A stretch of DNA of 62,198 nucleotides, filler included, from Rhabdomonas costata (lineage: Eukaryota): the NCBI GenBank assembly GCA_019059605.1. It is 26 parts of 26 records of this genome, joined end to end, with 100 filler letters (N's around TTAATTAATTAA, not from the genome) between each part and the next. Parts side by side here need not be neighbours in the genome. Positions count along the whole stretch, not along the records: positions 11,981 to 14,280 come from JAHMHO010004206.1; positions 14,381 to 16,676 come from JAHMHO010004207.1; positions 16,777 to 19,099 come from JAHMHO010004208.1; positions 19,200 to 21,496 come from JAHMHO010004209.1; positions 21,597 to 23,892 come from JAHMHO010004210.1; 21 more parts are not named here. One strand, given 5' to 3'. Both the position numbers and the translations under genes were made by a program. Below, in pieces: positions 11,981-23,992 of this stretch. Every line of letters starts with the position of its first letter. Positions within the stretch are counted from its first letter, which is position 1. Below the pieces are notes generated by a model. The model made no database searches, had not been told where the DNA came from, and saw nothing but the letters and a program-made list of their open reading frames with translations.

Positions 11981-13440
11981 GGGTTGGTGGTTAGCAGACA
12001 TCTTTACAGAGAAAGTTCCAGACGGTTTGCCGACAGCGAGGAAGACGTATCACAGGATTGATCTGAATACTGACAGCAAAATCCCAGCGCAAAGGTTGTA
12101 TAGGATGCCTCCAGCGGAAGATGTGGAGCTAAAGAAGCAGCTTAAAAGTTTGCAAGAGTTATGGTTCATTGAGCCAGCCACGTCTACTAGTGTTGTTTGT
12201 ACCGAAGGAAAATGGGAATTTGAGGTTGTGTGTTTAGTTTAGTCAGTTGAATGAATGAATCAATCACAATTCGTTCCAAATTATGCCACAGTTGCAGCTC
12301 CATTGACAGAACTGATGAAGAGGAAATGGGAATGGCATTGGGTAGAAGATCAGAAGAGAGCGTTTCAAGAGCTGAAGCTGATGTTGTTGAAGCACCCGGT
12401 TCTAGTGCCACAATAATTTCGCAAGCTTATGGTGTTGTATACGGATGCGTCGGACGTTGGCATTGGAGCGACATTTTATCAGATTATCAAGATTATCAAG
12501 ATTATCAAGATTATTAAGATTATCAAGACGGTAAGATGCATCTAGTAGCTTGCAGATCGAAGAAGTTGACAGGTTCAGAAATGAATCACCGTGTGTACGA
12601 GAAGGAGATGTTGGTGTTGATCTACACTTTGGAGGAGTGGAGACATTATCTTCTTGGAGCTGAGGTGAGAGTAAACAGTTGGTCTACATGCAGAGAATCC
12701 AATGCAGGTAAGGTGTGTGCAGGTAAAGTTACAGCGCTACACATTGCAGATTGTGCCAGGAAGACAAAATGTAGCAGCGGATGCGTTGTCGCGTTATCCA
12801 TCAGAGGATTCAGAGTTTTTGGCTATAGTAATTGCAAGGTGTAGTGGAGATTTGTCGCAGCCAGTGAATTTGTTCTTCGATGGATATCTTTGTGCGCCGA
12901 GAACTGTTAGCGCAGAAGATCGCGAGGATGATTGGTGGCCAGACTATTGGAAGTATCCAGCGATCAGGAGAAAATATTTCAATGCGACTACGGCAGAGTT
13001 GTTAGACCACACAAAGTGGCATCATGGTAGGTTTTGGGACCTTGGAAAGATTGTTGTACATCATCGGAGAGAGCAGGAGGTGATTGCAATGTATCACGAC
13101 TCTCCAGCAGCTGGAAATTGGGGAGTGTTAATAACTGCGGCGATGCTGAAGATGGCTTACGTATTTCGCAACATGAAGAGGAAGGTCAAGGAGTACATTC
13201 CCACAAACAAGATTCTGAATGTCACGGACAGAGCAACTAAGATGGTAGTGCTGGTTCCATGTCATAACGAGATGTCAGCGTTTGATATTGCGGAGTTGTT
13301 TTGGTGGGATGTTGTTCGTTACCATGAACTTCCAAGAAGCATCGTAAGTGAAACAGATCAAGTGTTCATGTTGTTGTTTTGGAAGGAGTTAATGACATTA
13401 TTAGACACTTAGCAGAGGATATCTTTGCCGTATCATCCAC
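11981..13440 (+). mobile_element. Degenerate Ty3/Gypsy LTR-retrotransposon pol (RT start, RNase H, integrase)
   Basis: RT N-terminus HRIDLNTDSKIPAQRLYRMPPAEDVELKKQL; most of the RT core is deleted. RNase H: YTDASDVGIGA..VACRSKKLTGSEMNHRVYEKEML..LEEWRHYLLG, then IVPGRQNVAADALSR. Integrase: YHDSPAAGNWGV and DRATKMVVLVP..LPRSIVSE..FWKELM..PYHP. Many stops and frameshifts, no introns. Confidence 0.92.
12482..12527 (+). repeat. 9-bp tandem repeat (GATTATCAA) x5 inside the Gypsy RNase H region
   Basis: gattatcaa gattatcaa gattatcaa gattattaa gattatcaa g. Confidence 0.9.
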
Positions 13441-13568
13441 ACTATTCTTCGAGGCATTGTTTTTTGACATCTAACAGACGTGCTTGCCCCAATGTGTCAC
13501 ACTGTAGAGGATGAATTGCCTTGTTACCGCCCTGAACTTCTACCCGCACCATTTGTCCGGCTTTTGCG

Positions 13569-13990
13569 ATGACCAAAGATGTGATGTTATGCCATTCCTT
13601 TTTCAAAGCCATATGCCAGAATTTTAATGTACATTCCATTGTAGACCTTTTCATAGACCTTTTGGAAGAACACCACCAATTACCTTTTTACATCACCACC
13701 GAAGTGAGTGACTCAGATGGGCTGGCATGTAATAATTTTAATTTTTATTGGGATTCAGAATATCAGCTGTATTCTAACCCATTATGGTACCTCCTTGACC
13801 ATGTAGTCACACACATTTTCCACGATAGATCCAGAGTATTGTTGGTAAAACCAAACTGGCCCGAAGAACTGGAGCCCTATCCTAGACCGCATCACCACTC
13901 AACGTCAATAATGGACAAAACCCCTATAAATTTCAACTAATAAACGCTTACACCACGCACCTAAATGGAGTAATTTGTTCTCTCTAGTTG
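13569..13990 (+). pseudogene. Degenerate retroelement-type DNA N6-adenine methyltransferase (Dam-like) domain
   Basis: VDLF..HHQLPFY..NNFNFYWD..LYSNPLWYLLDHVVTHI..VLLVKPNWP, then PKW in another frame. This follows the motif order of the DIRS-type MT domain (IDLFA..N.ql..y; DAF..W; Y.NPPW/F.L...V..K; l.v.P.WP). The catalytic NPPW motif reads NPLW. Confidence 0.7.
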
Positions 13991-14207
13991 ACGTGTCTTT
14001 GTGCGACCTTTCCTTTTCTTAATTTCTTTCATTTTCAGACGTCCTCTGAGAAACTCTCCACGACTACAAGGAGTCTGTGAATACCAAAACACATTGTCCT
14101 ATGACCTTGGGATTGTCTTCTTTTTATTTTTACACTACTGAACGTTCCTGATAACCTACCGCATCATCACGTCCATTACAGTTCATTCACCCAGTTGCAA
14201 ACACAAA

Positions 14208-14280
14208 CCACACCACACCACACCACACCACACCACACCACACCACACCACACCACACCACACCACACCACACCACACCA
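14208..14280 (+). repeat. (CACCA)n microsatellite
   Basis: Perfect pentamer run extending to the contig end. Confidence 0.95.
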
Positions 14281-15354
14281 NNNNNNNNNNNNNNNNNNNN
14301 NNNNNNNNNNNNNNNNNNNNNNNNTTAATTAATTAANNNNNNNNNNNNNNNNNNNNNNNNNNNNNNNNNNNNNNNNNNNNCCCAAAATAGCCCCCCCCCT
14401 TCTTCGTTGTCCCTGTCACCTGTCACCTATTTTGACCCTGGCGTGTCCCCCTCTCGTAAAAAAAACATAAGTAACGTTAAACAAAAACCACCGCAAAATC
14501 CAGGCAGCGAAAATCGTTAAAAAAAACTTGGAAAAAGATGTTATAAGTTCCCGGATATGACCCCCGGGGAGCTGAAGTGGGGGGGAAACCATTTCGCACG
14601 TTTTTGTTCCCGCATTCCTTGCTCATGTTTTATGCATTCATCGACAATCTAAGCGAGCTTTCCGTGCAGTGTTAATCACTTTTACAATGCGTTTGCATTG
14701 AAAAATGGGAAAATTTACCCAAAATTTTCGTGTAAAACGCAACATTTTTTGTCCCAAGGAACGTATATTCTGATTTAACCTGCCCTTTACACCTTCAATG
14801 TTGCCTTCCAATGCTTTCAAAAATGGAGAAATGGGGGGGGGGGGCACGAACGAGAATTCCCAACACCCCATCGAATTAGCTCCCCTCTCTACCCCGCTTT
14901 TGGTTTCTTTTGAGAATTGATGACCTTGGGGACCTCGGCTCCACTTGCGATAATGCCGTCCCACTCGTCCGTGCAAGCACAGCAACAGACTACTCCCTTG
15001 TCAGCGTATTCTTGAGTGCTATTCTCACACAAACTCCACAATCAAACAACTTCGCCCCCCCCCCCGAAAAGACATATTTTGGATTCACTGACACAGTTTT
15101 CCTTATCTCAGGCAAAAAGAACAGGCATACCGTGGTGGAGTATTTCGTAAGAGATCACCGCACAAGCAGGACCCACAGCAAACACACACACACACAAAGC
15201 AGACACGAGCACACCGGCAGTTCAGGAAAATTGAAATCGCCTGGAGGGCCCTGACCTAGCCATCGATCCACTGCTTGTCAGAATAACATAATCGCTTACA
15301 AACAGTTTCACTGATAAAATTTCCCCCTTCCGGTCCAGCCATTGGCGAAAGTCT

Positions 15355-16643
15355 TCAATGCGTCCACCTCTCTGTCTCATTGAGACGCACGACAGCACCG
15401 CTGCTTGGCAGAGCTGCCGCACCGCCCGGAGGTGGTTGTAGGAGATCGTGCGTGCGCCACCTACGGCGACCTGAGCCAGCCTGTGCGAGGGCGGGCACAG
15501 CGCAGCAAGGATGCCCACGATCGCATGGGTCTTTGTGGCCAGGGCCAGCCCCCCAAGCACCAGGGTTTCCAGCTGGTGCAGCGAGCATAGCCCCGAGTGC
15601 AGCCGCGACAGGTCCACCTCTTGGTACCCAACCGCCCCACTCTCCACTATCCCCAAGGACCACCACCAACCAGAGGCATTCCAAAGTCTAAGCAGTGTGG
15701 GTTGTACTCTTGCACTGTTCAATTCGAAGACCCAGAATGAGACACAGAGATGGTCCCGTGGTTGGAAAAAAAAGCGGCAACTCACACAGGACCACCTTGG
15801 AGAACCAGACAGTTGGCTATGGGCCCGATTGACCTTGGGGTGGGGGGCGGTTACCAGTGGTAACAGAAAACAAACTACTCTTTTTTGTAACTTGCAAAAG
15901 ATTTGACTTAACTTTAGAGAAAGGGGGTTAGGTGAACTTTGCCAGTTTTCCCCAATGAGAATTTGGTTTACAGGTCAAATGTGGTGCTGGTTCAGGACCA
16001 GCGAATAGCTGCGATGTGAGCAGGACGGCATTTGTTTAGGGGCGAAAGCCAGCGACGCGGATGAAGCGGCCGAGGAGGCGGGAACATGACCTGGGGGGTC
16101 TTGACTCACTTTTACATGGCCCGCGTCATCTCCCAAGGAAGAGGTAAGGGTGGACACAAAGAAAAGGCCGAAAAGAAACAAAGCACTTTCTTAAACCAGC
16201 TTTTTTCACTACCCCATTTTAGTTTCCGAGTATGTCTGGTTTAGATTGCACTTTTTTCAGGGCTGCAATTTTTGAGGCGCGGACAATAGTATTGTGTCTC
16301 ATAAAAATGTGTTGCCACTCCTATCCCTCCCTCCACCTTCATTTGTAGCTTCCAACAATTTCCGGAAAGGTCTGCTGCTACAGACAGTGGCAGTACCGGT
16401 ATTCTCAAGGCAGGCAATCTCTCGGGCCTAATTTCCCACAACGCAGCGGCTAAACTCGAACTCGACGCAATTGCTTCCGGAAGACGAGACCTGCGCAGGT
16501 AGTGCATCGGGCTAACAAGCACGTGAGCGGCAATGTCCACAGCAAAGATCCCTGCGCTGCACAAGTTGTATGTGGTGATCCCGCTGTCTATGCCTTCCGC
16601 GTAGTCGTCCACCGCGTAGGTGTCGGCAATGTACGTACCCACT
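15355..16643 (-). CDS. Unknown spliced protein with an LRR-like C-terminal part (partial)
   Basis: Exon 16643-16491 (VGTYIADTYAVDDYAEG..PMHYLR) has AG/GT ends. Short exon(s) lie near 15972-16090. A GC-rich exon at ~15647-15360 gives VDLSRLHSGLCSLHQLETLVLGGL..LAQVAVGG. Boundaries are uncertain. Confidence 0.4.
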
Positions 16644-16776
16644 CTAACAAAAGTGTGGATGCTCCAACCCCCCCCCNNNNNNNNNNNNNNNNNNNNNNNN
16701 NNNNNNNNNNNNNNNNNNNNTTAATTAATTAANNNNNNNNNNNNNNNNNNNNNNNNNNNNNNNNNNNNNNNNNNNN

Positions 16777-19009
16777 TGTGGTGGGTGGACACTGTCCGGC
16801 GTGTTGTGGAGGGTGTTTTCGAGGTTCAAAAGGCCTACCTGACGTTTGTGCTCAAAGAAACTTGGGACGAAGCAAAGGTCCTGCCCCTAAGTGGATATTT
16901 ACTAAATTTCGTTGAACAGGACAAGTAATGCAGAGCACTGCCATTTTTCCTCAGGCGCAGCTCAGGGCCCAAGAGATGTTCACTCGCATGTTTCAAATGA
17001 AGTTTCTTCCTCCTGGTCGAGGCTTGTGGGCAATGGGCACCGCAATCGTGCGCAACCGGGGACTCGGCGCCGCTCTGAACAACTGTGCGTTCTGTTCCAC
17101 TGAACACTTGGACATTAACCCTGCTGCTCCTTTCTGCTTTCTGATGGACGCCTGCATGTTGGGTGTTGGAGTGGGCTTCGACACTTCCGGTGCCGGTAAA
17201 ATCGTTGTGGGAGAGCCAAGCCTACCTTCAGAAAAGTATGCAATTCTTGCAACAACGCGCCAAATTTTGACCCCCCGGAACCATTGAATTGTCCCTTTAC
17301 GGTACAGGTACGTTGTCGCCGACAGTCGCGAGGGCTGGGTGGAGTCGTTGGAAAAACTCCTCCTGTCGCACTTTCGTCGTTCACCGAAATTGGAGTTCGA
17401 CTACTCCACCATTCGGCCCGCAGGGACACCACTCAAAACATTTGGTGGGGTTTCCTCTGGCTGTGAGCCTCTCAAGCAGATGCACGAATCTGTCGTCGCA
17501 GTGCTCGAACGGAACAAGAACGCGGTGCGTTTGACACGTGTGCTTCCTGATGCACTTTTGCAAAAGCACTGCAAACGCGCTGCAAAAAAGGACGTTGTGC
17601 TTCGTATTTTTGTTTGGAAGAAGTGGTTTGAACCATGCGAATTTTCACTTTTCCTTCTTGGTCTTTTGTGTTCGCTCCCGCCCACAACGTGATGTGTGGA
17701 CAACTTGCTCTGAATGAATGATCGAAGCCGTTGTTTGCTGAAGATTCGTCTTGGCGGGGGCTTTGGTTTTTGCAAAGAAAGAAAGAAAGAAAGAAAGAAA
17801 GAAACTCACCCTTTTTTGGGCCCTTTTGGGGCCTTTTTTTTTTTCACCTTTTCAGGCATTGTTTCGGGTTTTATAACAGCATATTGTGCCTCAGCTTTGG
17901 GCCGGGGCTGCACAACATACCAAAGGGAGAATGGTTGTCCAAAAGGAGATATGCTTGCCGGTCTGTACTCACAGCGAAATTCTGCAAACACACACCGAAA
18001 CTAGTTTTCTGCTGGCTCTCGCTCGAACGTCGGCCAGCTCACCCAAGTGATGGTTGGACAACTTGCTCTGAAGTCAAATGAGCGAAGACGACGTTCCTGA
18101 ATTTTTGTTTCGAAACTGAACAGGTAAAAGGCAACCCAAGATTGCGTACCAAGAATCTGAATTGAGTTTCGAGTTTCACATGAACTTTCGACACTGAGTT
18201 CTGCAGACGGCTGAAAACTCATGTGCCGTCCCGTTTCTCTGGTTTCTGCCTTCTGCTCCCGTTCTGCGCAGCCCATCTCTGTGACAACGATTGTGGATTT
18301 GATGAATCTCATTGGCAAATGCGTGGTGGCTGGCAACATTCGCCGCTCCGCAGAAATAGCGTTTGGGGACGCTTCCAGCGACGAGTTCCTTAACCTGAAA
18401 AACTACGAGGCGAATCCCCACAGAGCGGTAGTCTCGTCTTTTTGGTCTTGTTTGTTAGAAAGAGAAAATGAAATGGCGTTTCCATGTGTGTTACTATCTT
18501 TCAGGACTATGGCTGGACTTCCAACAACAGCGTGTTTGTAAAGGTGGGCTCCGACTACACCTTGGCCGCAGACCGAATTCAAAAGAACGGAGAGCCTGGC
18601 TTCGCGTGGCTGGAGAACATGCAGGTTGTCCCCGTTTCGGTTAAATTTTTCTACTTGAGACCAAGAGAAATTCTTTGCCGGAGTTGTTTCCCGTGGTGTG
18701 CCTTCTTCTTAGGCGTTCTCCCGAATGAATGGCAAGGCAGACCACCGGGACGCCTCCGTCAGAGGCGGCAATCCTTGTCTAGAGCAAAGTCTTGAGCACA
18801 TGGAACTCTGTTGCCTTGTGGAGACTTTTCCAACCCGACACGAAACTCTTGAGGCTTGTTTCCTTCTTTGTGGTCCAATGATCTTTGTTTGGAATAGAGA
18901 AAATCCTCTTCCTTTTCCTTCACAGGACTTCAAAGAAACGCTTCGCTGTGCACTTCTGTACGCCAAAACGGTCACCCTCATCCCCGTTCATTGGGAGGAA
19001 ACCCGCAGG
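16777..19009 (+). CDS. nrdJ: Class II adenosylcobalamin-dependent ribonucleoside-triphosphate reductase (monomeric RTPR type), partial, 7 exons
   Basis: Exons 16777-16877, 16955-17235, 17308-17524, 18272-18427, 18505-18624, 18713-18853 and 18926-19009 splice in frame. Motifs: [86 protein letters not shown], catalytic [17 protein letters not shown], and LYAKTVTL. Confidence 0.95.
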
Positions 19010-19010
19010 G

Positions 19011-19046
<36 letters not shown>

Positions 19047-19304
19047 GTGTGGAGAGAAACAGCAGACAAGCTCGACTTCATCACAATGACCCAACCACCN
19101 NNNNNNNNNNNNNNNNNNNNNNNNNNNNNNNNNNNNNNNNNNNTTAATTAATTAANNNNNNNNNNNNNNNNNNNNNNNNNNNNNNNNNNNNNNNNNNNNG
19201 GTTGGGGGGTCACAAGAGAAGCTCATGAGGCATACGTGAAGGGATACCGACACGTAGACGTATCCACCCACGCCCACGCCCACGCCCACGCCCGTACATC
19301 CCGC

Positions 19305-19883
19305 TCACTGGACAACTCGCACAGAACTGCCTGCTTTATTCATAGTAATTACCACGTAGGCGTCCTCGGTGAAGCCCAGCGGCACGGGGGCGGGGGGGTC
19401 TCCCCCGCCCACCACAGCGGTGCCATTGACGGCAATCACGACGGTGCCGCCCGCGGGGTCCTCGAAGTTGCTGCGGTCCACGCGAAGCTCTACCCTGTCC
19501 CCGACCTTCATGGCGATCCCAGAAAACACTTCCCGAGAACCATTGTGAAAGTGACCGCCGTTATCGAGTATGCACAGCCCTGTGGACCACTTTCCGTTTC
19601 CAGGCCACGAACCCAGCGGCTGCTCCAGGTCGGTGCAGAAGCTCACCGGGGACAGCCCAAAGAAGATACGGCCCTCAGGATGGGCGGTAATTTTGAAGCT
19701 GACTGTGGTTAGGCCTTCCTGTCCTACACACAGCAAAGCCTCCAAGCGGGCATTGTCGAAGCTGTCGCCTGCTGTGTGGCGAAGCTCCCGGCGGGCAGTG
19801 CCCGGGAGGGCCTCGAACCACTGCGGGGGGCACGCCGTGGCGGCCTCAGCGAAGGCCGAGGGCTGTGCCCACTTCCGCGGAAC
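19305..19883 (-). CDS. Terminal exon encoding a SPRY/B30.2-like (ConA-fold) domain
   Basis: 579-nt GC-rich exon after an AG acceptor, ending in a stop. VSFKIT..IFFGL..PLG..W..HNG..MKVGDRVELRVD..GTVVIAVNG..AYVVITM..GSSVRVV fits the SPRY pattern. Confidence 0.7.
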   Translation of the reverse strand, partial: VPRKWAQPSAFAEAATACPPQWFEALPGTARRELRHTAGDSFDNARLEALLCVGQEGLTTVSFKITAHPEGRIFFGLSPVSFCTDLEQPLGSWPGNGKWSTGLCILDNGGHFHNGSREVFSGIAMKVGDRVELRVDRSNFEDPAGGTVVIAVNGTAVVGGGDPPAPVPLGFTEDAYVVITMNKAGSSVRVVQ

Positions 19884-21175
19884 CTTTTTCGAAAGAAAAA
19901 AACACAAATTGGAAGGGTGAACAAAGCGAATTTCAGAGGAGCACCAACAGAAACAGGGACCAAAACTGGCAGCACCGATAGTCTTGAGAGACGTCAGGGT
20001 CAGTGCATGAGAGAATCTCACGCTGGCCCCAACACTCTGGTTGAAATAATTTCTGCATGAGTGCTGAACAAGGAAGTTGGATGGGTTCCTATTGATATGA
20101 GGCGAAGCAGCGACGAAGGAAATAGAAACCCAGAGGGATTAAAACTAATGATGACAGTTCAGAGCTGGTCCTAAACCATGGGGAACCATTAACATCAACG
20201 ATGGGGAACAGCAATAGAGCTGATATATATTTCCGGCGTGCCGTTTTCGTTGTTGGTTGTGCAACTGCTAATGATGCTTTCTTTATAGTAAGGCAAGCCA
20301 ACATTAAAACCTTAATCAGGTTTGCCCACAAGTAAAAGGAAGGAGCGGACCCACAAAAGGGTGTGGCTCGGCAAAAGCAGCCTTCGCTCGTTGTCGGCGC
20401 TACTGGTAGATCCATCCCGAAAAGACCTTCGCGGGGGAGCATCCCGCTGCCGTAATTAGTAAATAGCATACAGCATTTTTAATATCCTACTTTGATGCAG
20501 GCAGGCCGCAGGGTGGGGGAGGAGGAGGAAGACTGTGTGCTGCTTACGTGGTGACCGAGCGTTAGATATCCTGGAGAGAGAGAAAGTTTTCATACTTATC
20601 TATTCGCTATTGCTAGCAAGACTGCATAGCATGCAGGGCCTTTGGAGGCAAAAAGGAGGATCAAGACCAGGATTGAGTACGCAATGTAAAATAATTGCTA
20701 ACCAGCATCAATATGCTAAACCTGCCACAGATGAAATCAAAGGTAAGCAGCAGCTTTCATCATCGAAGACGCCACGTTCTCTGCTCAAGTCCAGATCCCA
20801 CACGCTTCCATTTGGTTGTGGCAGTTTGAGAGCGGTAGGATTCAGTTCACTTGCTGGGAAAGTGGACAAATTCGAAGTTGAGATACGGGTGCTTGGTTCA
20901 TTGTGGCAGTCGGTGAGGGAGCTGCGGCACAGGCTGGTGGAGCAAACTTTCAGGGAAATCGCTAGGTTCGCGCAGCAGCAGCCTGTGTGGCGAGTAGGAG
21001 CCATGCGAATGAGTTAGGATTGTGCAACGGGAGGATAAAGAAGTTTTCATCGCCAATAAACACTGCCGAGTGGAACCACTTTTTCTCGATGGCGTTCCTA
21101 ATTCTCTCAGCATCAAAACTCAAGTTTCGAAAACCCCTTATTCGCTTTATTCGTCCGTGTGAAGTTCCAGCAACT

Positions 21176-21490
21176 ACTACCGCAAGCGCATCGCCGGCCG
21201 ACCCATTCATGTCCTTTGTCACAATCATTCCTATTACCCATCACATTCATTGTATGTGCTATTTCTTCAGCGAGCTTTACTGGTTACTTCCTTTCTTTTC
21301 GCTCTGCTTCTTTCGCGCATACAGGCAGAGTGAGGTCGGCCCCGGCTGCGCCCAGTGCAGCCCGAGTGCGGGGCATGCCCAAGGAAGCCGCCAGCTGGGC
21401 TGCCGTGCGGCCTGTCTGTGGGTCGACTACCGCAAGCGCATCGCCGGCCGACCCATTCATGTCCTTTGTCACAATCATTCCTATTACCCA
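21176..21490 (+). repeat. 65-bp exact direct repeat, period 250 bp
   Basis: 21176-21240 is identical to 21426-21490. The second copy abuts the contig end. Confidence 0.9.
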
Positions 21491-23992
21491 CCACAANNNN
21501 NNNNNNNNNNNNNNNNNNNNNNNNNNNNNNNNNNNNNNNNTTAATTAATTAANNNNNNNNNNNNNNNNNNNNNNNNNNNNNNNNNNNNNNNNNNNNTTTT
21601 GTGGGGAAGGGCAAACACGCACGGTATGCTTTTTCCATTTTTGTGCTGTTACAGTGACTGTGGCTGTAGTTCTGGTCGTGTATCCGATGCCGGCTGTATT
21701 CATGTGCATCTTTTTGGGTGCTGTGTTCTGCTGTGTTTATGGCTCATAAACACGTGTGGATTTCATTGAAAAATACCTTTGCTTGTCCTCGGGGAATTTT
21801 ATCAAGCTATTCCGTTGATCTGTTCAAGGTGTTTCCCAATGATGAACTTTTTGAACCTAAAGCATCTGAAACATAAGAATCCTAAACCCTCTCTCCATGC
21901 TTTCACCGTGCGCAGACGTTGATCACACGGATTAAGGCCAGGATTCTGCGGACTATGGTGATGCCCCACATGGACGACTGGCCTTTGCTAAGGAGGGAGC
22001 AGTGGCTCCACGAAGGTTTCCTCTGGATGCTTTGCATTCTTTGCTGTGACAAAGAATGCAACTTTTTCCACTGCAAACCAGCATTATAAGCTCTAACTTA
22101 TCTGCTCACTTGAACTTCAATCCTTTTTCTGCCAGTGTGTTCAAATGTGTCCGGTCAATCAGGCAAGAATGTTTACAACCCACATTTTCCTTTGCTTTGC
22201 ATTTCGCGTTTCCTCATATCGCATGGAAACGTTTACCCACAGGAAATGGTCAAGCAACAGCTGTGGCTGCACAGAGAAGGAACTCCAAGAGAAAAAGTCC
22301 AGTTGAAATGCCTGATTTTACCCCTTGCTGCACTTCAACCGTGGCTTTTCAATCATTCATACTATTCATACAGTCCACACGTGGCCCTTGGAGTCAACAA
22401 AGCACTTATATCTCTGGAACCACTTCGTAAACGCAGCTAACCAGACTTGTGATTACATCAGGAGGATTCCCAAAAACACTTATTAAGGAAGAGTTCGCGT
22501 TTTGTCACAAAATGCACCCATTAGTGGGCAAAATCTGGTGTCCACATAATATAAACCGTCTTATCATTTGGTGGTTCAGTACGGCTGAAATGTTTTTTGT
22601 TAGGTTCAGATTGCCATGAGGATTCCAAGGAGTCAGGGTCGACCTCGAATTCCAGTGAAAAGAAGGAGCTGTGATTTGCTGTGTTTCCTTTTACATCCTC
22701 AGTTGTCACCCCTAACTGTGTATCTGCGATGAACTTTACAGTGGTATTCTTTGCCGAATTCCTTGCTTGTGTTTTGCATCTATCATCTGCGTTGCGAAGC
22801 TTTGCCGCATCCGTAAAGAAGCGCTGCGCTCTTCGGAATCATGACACGTTGTTCTGGTGGTATGGTGTTGCGAGGCAAATGGCTGAAGATTTAAGCTAAA
22901 CGGATTCTATTTGCCCCTCGTTTTGGAGTTGCGGAATCTTGTGCAGTACGAGCTGGAGGATCAAGACGCTGTGTTCCCATCACGTTAGTACACCACCCGC
23001 TTACCAAAGCGTGGGCTGAAAGCTGCAAAACAATTCCAAGGAAGTAGGCCCTCGAATGAAAAACTGAACAGCATACTCTGACCCCAGCCCTCTTCAGAGA
23101 TTCTCCGTGCCATCCCCAGCGCGCATGCCTTCTGTTTGTTTATGGACTTTCTCTCCTTTCGGACGTATTTGTAAAAAAGGAGAGTAAAAATGTGTTGCCA
23201 TTACTTTTCCTCCTCCTGGTGGGCCTTTATTTTTGCTTAATTTGCTCGGCCCAAGCCTACCGGGCCATGTACCCACCCAGTTTCTGACTTGAAAAGTTGC
23301 CCAGCAACGGGAAGGCGTCCTTTGAAAGATGTCACGGCCGTTCCGCCCCAAACGCCCCTGGTGATTCCTGGTCATGGCTTTCACCACGGCCGCACAAACG
23401 TCCAAATGCAACCGGCCAACCGCCGCCCAACGTGTCACCACTACGATCCGTGCCTTTTTGCTCGTTTCCACCGCTAATTGTTACGGATCGGGGCGACTCT
23501 TTCCGAACCCGCCCCGCCCTTCTTCCCGGGCCCCGCGGGTCGAATATGTGCCCTTCCCCGGGTCGGTGGTCGTCTCCGGTTCGGTGCCCGAGAAATACAC
23601 AATCGAAGAGACTCCACAACGTGGGAGTGCTTGATTGAGGAATTCATCAATTGAATTCTCCAAAATTTCCATGTCCTTTCCCATCCATTATCATAATTAT
23701 TTCCCGATTCACGAATCCTGCGCTCTCGCATAAAAAGCTCTATGATACCCTTCCCTTTTTCCGGCGGTTAGGCTCTCAGAATAAGCCCGTATCATACCTA
23801 GATCTATTCCCTTCTCTCTCCAACTCTTTGCTCCCATTGCGGAATGTCGGTGTTGCTTTCGAATGTCGGGTGTCAATTGGGCAAAACAAAAANNNNNNNN
23901 NNNNNNNNNNNNNNNNNNNNNNNNNNNNNNNNNNNNTTAATTAATTAANNNNNNNNNNNNNNNNNNNNNNNNNNNNNNNNNNNNNNNNNNNN

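Noticed and set aside
16777-19099. nrdJ as bacterial or phage contamination
   Set aside because: It is interrupted by spliceosomal-type introns with pyrimidine tracts and microsatellites like the other host genes.
19980-21150. Possible decayed coding or transposon sequence
   Set aside because: No recognisable motif in any frame that I can support.
21597-23892. Stop-riddled, coding-like sequence, possibly an old transposon
   Set aside because: No identifiable domain and no clean exon structure.
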